Shown here: one piece after another, positions 58,427-64,000 of the stretch | How the letters are laid out: each line of letters starts with the position of its first letter | How positions within the stretch are numbered: position 1 is the first letter of the stretch | DNA from: Chloroflexia bacterium | GTDB taxonomy: Bacteria > Chloroflexota > Chloroflexia > Chloroheliales > Chloroheliaceae | NCBI GenBank assembly: GCA_036261665.1 | Contig: DATAKM010000133.1 | Span: 255-64,254 of the forward strand | DNA: 64,000 nt | Direction of reading: 5' to 3' | The notes under the pieces: model-generated | Told to the model about the DNA's origin: nothing | What the model saw: only the letters and a program-made list of their open reading frames with translations | Database searches by the model: none | Program-made: the position numbers and the translations under genes

Positions 58427-59245
58427 TCACGCTCGAGTGGCCAGCACTTCCAGGTATTCAGCCTCGACATGAGTGCCGCCATCAGTGGCAGTGTTGTGAT
58501 CTGACCAGAGTTTTTCAAGATCCTGCCGCAGCGCCACCTGCTTTTCAGGGTTACATGCGGCGTAGGCCCGGTTGATCGGCCCGTAATACTGAATAAAGTA
58601 ATCCACAATCTCGGCCGGGCTAAGAGATTCTTCAAACAGTACTTTGCGCGGAGTGCACTTGATTTCACTGGTACCGGCGGCAAGGCGCTGCCGCACCACT
58701 TCTTCCACGCCCCACAGCGGCGGCGGAGTCATACCGGGCGCAGGCGGCACATGGGCTGAGACCGTTTTCAACATCTGACCGATAAAACCGCCGGGGGTCC
58801 AATTTGCCAGGGCAATCAGGCCACCCGGTTTGCATACTCGCAGAAGTTGGGCGGAGATCGGTTCAGGACGAGGCGCGAACATAATACCGTACATACTCAT
58901 CACCAGGTCAAAAGCGCCATCGGCATAGGGTAGTTCTTCGGCATCGCCGCTATCCAGTTGTATGGCAAGTCCTTCGGCTTCCGCTCGCTTGCGGGCCACT
59001 TCTAAGAGGTTAGGCGCAAGATCCTGCCCGGTGACATTTGCACCGGTACGCGCCGCCGGAATAGCCAGGTTACCGGTTCCGCAGGCGGCGTCCAGCACGC
59101 GCGTGCCGGGTGTCAATTGCAGGCGAGTGATAAAGTCGTCGGCATGCGGCTGAATCAGTTCGGCAATTCTGGCATAATCGCCGGACATCCAGGTAGCTTT
59201 CACCCGGTTCTTAAGGGTCTGGATTTCATCAACTATTTGGGTCAT
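58427..59245 (-). CDS. Class I SAM-dependent methyltransferase
   Basis: WMSGDY, VLDAACGTGN, GDAEELPY.D..FD, KPGG..ALANWTP; start MTQIVDE after a GGAG RBS. Confidence 0.9.
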   Translation of the reverse strand: MTQIVDEIQTLKNRVKATWMSGDYARIAELIQPHADDFITRLQLTPGTRVLDAACGTGNLAIPAARTGANVTGQDLAPNLLEVARKRAEAEGLAIQLDSGDAEELPYADGAFDLVMSMYGIMFAPRPEPISAQLLRVCKPGGLIALANWTPGGFIGQMLKTVSAHVPPAPGMTPPPLWGVEEVVRQRLAAGTSEIKCTPRKVLFEESLSPAEIVDYFIQYYGPINRAYAACNPEKQVALRQDLEKLWSDHNTATDGGTHVEAEYLEVLATRA

Positions 59246-59561
59246 TTTTTTCTCCGTTTCATCTTTATTAAAGATAGGGTCACAATAAAAGATTTCAGGC
59301 AGCTTTAAGGCTGCCCGTGGTACGAGGTCCACAGGCGGACCAGCGGCCCGGATTAGCGGGCGCACTTAATGAGGCCCTGAGGAAGTGTGAATCACTCATC
59401 AGGACTACAGACTTAAAAGCACGTAGCTGAGACGAGAGGTGAAGTAAAAGAGGCTTTTACAAAAGGCTAAGGCGGTTGATGCTTTGGCAGGCCATGCAAG
59501 GTGTAAATGGTCTGCCCTGGAAGAAGGGCGGCTGCTCTACGGCTGAAGACCGGCAATGGCA

Positions 59562-60266
59562 TTAATCGCCGGCCATCGCTCGTACTCCTTCCGCCGCCGG
59601 ACTCCAGGCAAACCAGCCTGGAAAGGAGCGGATCAGATCAGGCACGGCCTCTATTTCAATCTGGCGATTGCGCCGGGCATATTCGAAACTGATGCGCCCT
59701 AACCAGACCTGATAAAAAGCGGCCAGGTCGGCTTTTACCAGCATATCGCTATCGAACCCGGGGTGGGTGAGACATACCGAAACATCACTCGGTTTGAGGA
59801 TCAGCCAGTAGCTGCTGGAGCCGGTTCGCTCGTAATCGCCCCAGAAGTCAAATTCCACTACCACCCGCTCTTGCGGCAGGCGTTCAGTGTAAACCCGGTC
59901 GCGCATCCACCACATCAGTAAGGTCGGGTTGAGTTCTTCCATTTGCGGTTCGCCAAAAGCCCACTTCGCGCCCCACAGGAGCAAGGATTCGATAACCGGC
60001 CGGAGTTGCCACCCGGCTTCGGTCAGCCGGTAGCTCGTTTTGCGCTGGTCGGCCTCAACATGCCGCTTGATGACGCCGGCCCGTTCCAGGCGGCGCAGAC
60101 GGTCAGCGAGGAGCGCTCGTGGAATGCCGGGCAGGCCCCTTTCCAGCTCTGAGAAATGTTCGATGTGGCTCACGACCATATCACGCACGATCAGGAGGGT
60201 CCAGCGGTCTCCCAAGATTTCGGTGGCCCGCGCTACCGGGCAATACTGGCCATATTTATAGGTCAT
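59562..60266 (-). CDS. HxlR-type winged-helix regulator with a C-terminal SCP2-like domain
   Basis: YGQYCPVARATEILGDRWTLLIVRD..FSEL.RGLPG..L..RL...Y.LTEAG; VSVCLTHPGFD. Confidence 0.9.
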   Translation of the reverse strand: MTYKYGQYCPVARATEILGDRWTLLIVRDMVVSHIEHFSELERGLPGIPRALLADRLRRLERAGVIKRHVEADQRKTSYRLTEAGWQLRPVIESLLLWGAKWAFGEPQMEELNPTLLMWWMRDRVYTERLPQERVVVEFDFWGDYERTGSSSYWLILKPSDVSVCLTHPGFDSDMLVKADLAAFYQVWLGRISFEYARRNRQIEIEAVPDLIRSFPGWFAWSPAAEGVRAMAGD

Positions 60267-60426
60267 ACAGATTCTTCACACGCAAAAATTAATCAGGATC
60301 ACCTTTATAACTACCCGTTAAAAGTCATACAACCCGGGCTGTGGCGCTGCTTTCATAATAGTGGCTGTGTAGTTAGTACCGTAATTAGTTGTCTGATATT
60401 CATTTTAACCGATAATTTACTAATTA

Positions 60427-60447
60427 CCAGTTCAGATTTTGAACTGG
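60427..60447. promoter_or_regulatory. Putative HxlR operator
   Basis: Palindrome CCAGTTCA-GATTT-TGAACTGG, 160 nt upstream of the HxlR start. Confidence 0.55.
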
Positions 60448-60479
60448 ATTTTTTTATGGGGTTATGCCTGAGCCATCCG

Positions 60480-61345
60480 TTCAACCGCCCCGGATATGCC
60501 CACAAGGGGGGCTCGCAGCCAATTCCCGCATTAGTATAACGAAGCCCATGAATGGGGCTGTTAATATGAGAATAGAGGCCAGCCATGCCCATCACTAAAG
60601 TATGGGCTATCAGCTTATGTGCGCTAAAGGCACTAAAGGCGATTGGTAAGGTTTAAAATAGCCTCTTCAGAGGGCTTTAGCTGGTAGCCTGGTCCATTGG
60701 CTTTATGCCCCCCTTGCGGGTATCTCCGGGCGGTCATACGCCTACTCCGTTTTATCCATAATGCCCCATTCCCTCATGACCGGGGCGCTCGTTCAACCGA
60801 CCGGAATACCCGCAAGAGGGCCTTGCAGCCAAATTCCAGGGCTATATCAATAAAATTTTTGCGGAATGGGCTAAATCGTGCATAAAAATAACCCGGCCCA
60901 TGTCGCAGAGATTTCATTATATTAGGCCGGATATTTGGCTATAAGCCCCTTGCGGGCATATTTGGGCGATTGAAATGACCTCGCTTTTCTTCATAACGCT
61001 CCGCTTGCATGCATGTCATCCTGAGCAAAGCGAAGGATCTCGGCCGCAAGGCAGGCTACGGACGTAGCAGGGAGATTCTTCGGGCCTTCGACCGAGGTAA
61101 GGCAGGATTGGGTAATAGCGGCTGCCCTCACACCCACAAGGGGCGTGACATGCCAGAGAGCCGGGCGTTATTAAAAAGAGCGGGGTAGCATCGAGACCGC
61201 CCGGCAATAAATCGACCGGGCTATCTTAACGAAAGCGGCTGAACCCGCTTAATACAATTCCACCCGCTCGCATCACAAACGCTAGCAGCCCCATTCATGG
61301 GGGTTCGTTGCACTAGCGCGGGGATTTATTCCCGTGCGGTGGAGC
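60480..61345. repeat. Composite palindromic repeat cluster 7 (partial B, MITE-core homologue, four C modules, A, inverted B)
   Basis: Partial B 60499-60560, MITE-core homologue ~60604-60692, A 61014-61150, reverse B ~61195-61340. Confidence 0.88.
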
Positions 61346-61394
61346 GCCTGCTATGTTCTTGCCCTTTACGTCCCCGAAGGCATGGCCGGGCGAC

Positions 61395-64000
61395 CTATGC
61401 CCCTGCCTGCTCTATCAGGGCGATTTCCGCCTCGGTCAGGTCGTAGAGAGCGTATACCTGACGGTCTATTTCGCGGTCGGTGGCGGCTATCAGATGCTTG
61501 AGCCGCGCTTCTTCTTGCGGCATCCGCGCTGACCCTAGCTGCTTCTGCAATTCCAGCATCTTTTCTACCAGCTTCACCAGTTCGTCATGCCGCTTCCGGT
61601 CTGCCGGATCGTTAAAGTTGATTGTATGGATTGGCAGTTGTTCTATGTATTGTTTATTGTAGGCGTAATAACCACCTCGAAACCTTGAACTAACTTGCTT
61701 CAAGTAGTAATCTAATAATTTAGAATTGAGAAGGCCCAGAAGAAACTCGTAGCTCAATTCGCAATCTTTGTTAAGTATAATTCCATATCCTCCACCTCCG
61801 CCTCCTCCAGACCCTACGAAATATAACTCTCCTTTATTATCTATGGTATAAGAAGCATTTGCAGCGATTGATGGAGTAAGTATTTTTTTCTTTGCAAAAA
61901 GTGAGACACTTTTGGGATAAACATAACCATACCAGCCCTCGTGCTGCATTTTACCTTTTTCTCTTTCTCTTAAGGCTTTTTCGTTCTCTAGTAAGTATTG
62001 CCAAGCATGAGGAAAATTACTAGCAAAATCTTGACTAGAGATGAGAGTTGTTTTACCTGAAATTGCAGAAACTTGAGGATCGTATGGGAACAAAACTCTT
62101 TTTGAAGGGGTAGCGCTATATCGTCTAATGTCTCTTGAACCTTTACACAAAGGCCATACTACTTCAGTCTCTAGTTGATATTCTTTACCCTTAGCATTTG
62201 ACCAGACCTTAACAAATTGGCTTTTCTCAATCCCAAGTGGTTCTAAAAGGTATATAGAATCAGCACTTGTTACTAATCCCTGAAACATCTTTTCAGAAAT
62301 ATCAACAAGCTTAGTAGGAATTTCTTTCAGACGATCAAATAAATTGGCTCCTTTTCCAATATTGAAATTCCAGTCACCTTCTTTATTTATCGCACTTACA
62401 GGTATCTTTCCCTCTTGTGCTTTGCCAGAAAATAGCCAATCTTTGAGGCTGTCCACTTTAGTAAAATCAAGTTCAGCCGAAGCCTGTTTATTCAGGAAAA
62501 GCAGGCAGGTGTAAGTAGTGGCGTTATTAAAGATTTGCTGGTCGCCAAAATGGACAACTTTAGAAAGATGCTGACCCTGCGAGAGAAGCTGGCGTAAAGG
62601 CTGGCCGTACTGCGCGTTGAAGAACTTGTGGGGCAGGATAAAGCCCAGCCGTCCGTGCGGATTAAGCAGCGATAGAGCGCGTTCCACAAAGACCACATAA
62701 ATATCATAATTGCCCTTACTGGCTGCCCGGTAAGCTTTTTTATAGTGATTTACCTCGATAGGAGCCCACTCGTTCAAAGCCTGCACCCGGATATAGGGCG
62801 GGTTGCCGATAACGGCATCAAAGCCGCCAGCCTTAAAGACCTGCGGGAAGGCAATTTCCCAGTCAAAGACATTGATGCGGTAAAAATCATCGTCGGAGAG
62901 TAACGGCAACTGCATCTGCTGGTAGAAATCGTAGCCGATAAGCGAATTGCCGCACTTGATATTGTTGCCGAGGTCGGGCAGCACTCGTTCGAGGGCCAGG
63001 GTCATTTGCGTGCTGCGGCTGTTCTCGCCTTCCAGCACCTTCAAGAGCAGCGAAAGCTTGGTCACTTCCACCGCCTGCTGGTCAATGTCCACCCCGAAGA
63101 TATTATTGAGCAGGATACGCTTGCGCTCGGTCAGGGTCAGGCGAGGCTGTCCATCCGGGCCTTCCTGCAATTCTTTGCGGTATTTGCGCGGGCTCTGGCG
63201 ATACTGCTCAAGATGCCAGTCCAGCAAAAACTGGTAAGCTCCCAGCAAGAAAGAGCCGGAACCGCAGGCCGGGTCTAAAATCCGCAATTGAGCTACCTCG
63301 GCGGGGGCGCGGCCTTCCAGCAGCTTGCCGACAGTGTGCCGCACGATATAGTCCACGATATAGGTCGGGGTGTAGTAGACCCCGCCCGCCTTGCGCACTT
63401 CCGGCTTTTCCTCGACCACTACCTCGTGATTCTCGGCAAGGCGCACCACTTTACCGAGGAACTGCTCATAGACCTGCCCCAGGATTTCCACCGGAATAAC
63501 CTTGAAAGCATAAGGCGATTGCGGGTAATAGAGCCGTCCGATAACCTGGCGCAGAGGGTCATTTTCGATAGTCAGGCCGGGTGTCAGGCGGTCAGGACCT
63601 TCGCCCTCGCCGTTGGTCTTTTCAAAATGGAACAGGCCTGAGTTATAGCGGTTATCGGCCTGACGGAAATATTCGAGCAGGTTCTGGTAAATATCGGGCG
63701 CGTCCAGTAACTCTTTCAAGCGTCCATACGGCTCAACGTCGCGGTCCTCGCTGATGCGCAGGAAAATGATGCGGTCGAGCGTCATCTGGATAGCGTAATT
63801 AAGTTCGCGCTGGTTCAGGCCGGGATTACAACGGGCGATATTGCGGGCGAGGATTTCACGCCACTGGCTCATGTCGCGCAGGAAAGCGGTATCTACAGTG
63901 GTCAGGCCGCGCTGCTCCTTGAGCTTCCCGGCAAAGGCATTGAGCGAGCCTTCCTGTACAGCCTGTCGCGAGAAAAGCTCCTGCAACCAGTCCCACTGGT
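61395..64000 (-). CDS. Type IIG (Eco57I/TaqI-like) restriction-modification enzyme, N6-adenine methyltransferase plus TRD (3' part; 5' end lies beyond the window)
   Basis: RIIFLRISEDR, YNSGLF, LGQVYEQFL, GVYYTP, ILDPACGSGSFL (motif I), GNPPY (motif IV), LLNSKL (TaqI_C-like), EIDRQVYALYDLT. Frame is open to the window edge. Confidence 0.92.
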   Translation of the reverse strand, partial: QWDWLQELFSRQAVQEGSLNAFAGKLKEQRGLTTVDTAFLRDMSQWREILARNIARCNPGLNQRELNYAIQMTLDRIIFLRISEDRDVEPYGRLKELLDAPDIYQNLLEYFRQADNRYNSGLFHFEKTNGEGEGPDRLTPGLTIENDPLRQVIGRLYYPQSPYAFKVIPVEILGQVYEQFLGKVVRLAENHEVVVEEKPEVRKAGGVYYTPTYIVDYIVRHTVGKLLEGRAPAEVAQLRILDPACGSGSFLLGAYQFLLDWHLEQYRQSPRKYRKELQEGPDGQPRLTLTERKRILLNNIFGVDIDQQAVEVTKLSLLLKVLEGENSRSTQMTLALERVLPDLGNNIKCGNSLIGYDFYQQMQLPLLSDDDFYRINVFDWEIAFPQVFKAGGFDAVIGNPPYIRVQALNEWAPIEVNHYKKAYRAASKGNYDIYVVFVERALSLLNPHGRLGFILPHKFFNAQYGQPLRQLLSQGQHLSKVVHFGDQQIFNNATTYTCLLFLNKQASAELDFTKVDSLKDWLFSGKAQEGKIPVSAINKEGDWNFNIGKGANLFDRLKEIPTKLVDISEKMFQGLVTSADSIYLLEPLGIEKSQFVKVWSNAKGKEYQLETEVVWPLCKGSRDIRRYSATPSKRVLFPYDPQVSAISGKTTLISSQDFASNFPHAWQYLLENEKALREREKGKMQHEGWYGYVYPKSVSLFAKKKILTPSIAANASYTIDNKGELYFVGSGGGGGGGYGIILNKDCELSYEFLLGLLNSKLLDYYLKQVSSRFRGGYYAYNKQYIEQLPIHTINFNDPADRKRHDELVKLVEKMLELQKQLGSARMPQEEARLKHLIAATDREIDRQVYALYDLTEAEIALIEQAGA

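Noticed and set aside
59370-59405. Hammerhead ribozyme (CTGATGA-GTG-ATT-CAC on the minus strand)
   Set aside because: The required GAAA after stem II is absent.
30957-61345. Repeat clusters as CRISPR arrays
   Set aside because: Units are 130-150 bp, dispersed and internally palindromic, with no regular repeat-spacer period and no cas genes.

Overview
Bacterial chromosomal window, most likely Chloroflexota (inferred from LxACGDNT lipoproteins with Ala/Thr linkers, a CxxPCWxGxxPG lipoprotein, STAND-type regulators and a DUF5666-like protein). It has about 35 genes and no rRNA, tRNA, CRISPR array or transposase that I can see. From left to right: a truncated methyl-accepting chemotaxis protein; two cupins with a LuxR-AAA regulator; a large secreted repeat protein; a VOC/TetR pair; an orphan flavin-dependent halogenase-like gene; a LacI-controlled beta-mannoside locus (ABC transporter, GH130, unknown 802-aa protein, GH2); a low-GC lipoprotein; a stand-alone ~170-nt structured RNA with a 15-codon ORF; PIG-L deacetylase and YfhO; an XRE-TPR regulator; patatin; a double-kinase hybrid sensor with a response regulator; EamA; a GT-C glycosyltransferase; a BTAD-AAA regulator; a LacI/ABC/glucarate-dehydratase-like locus; SRPBCC/AraC; two methyltransferases; HxlR; and a truncated type IIG restriction-modification gene. 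The right half carries seven clusters of modular palindromic repeats. These include a 228-bp MITE with a 5-bp target duplication nested inside a REP-like element, and a ~23-bp module that occupies hairpin loops in some copies but not others. The best novelty candidates are the small RNA/peptide switch, the nested repeat system and the 802-aa protein. All family calls come from motif recognition by eye; no searches were run.
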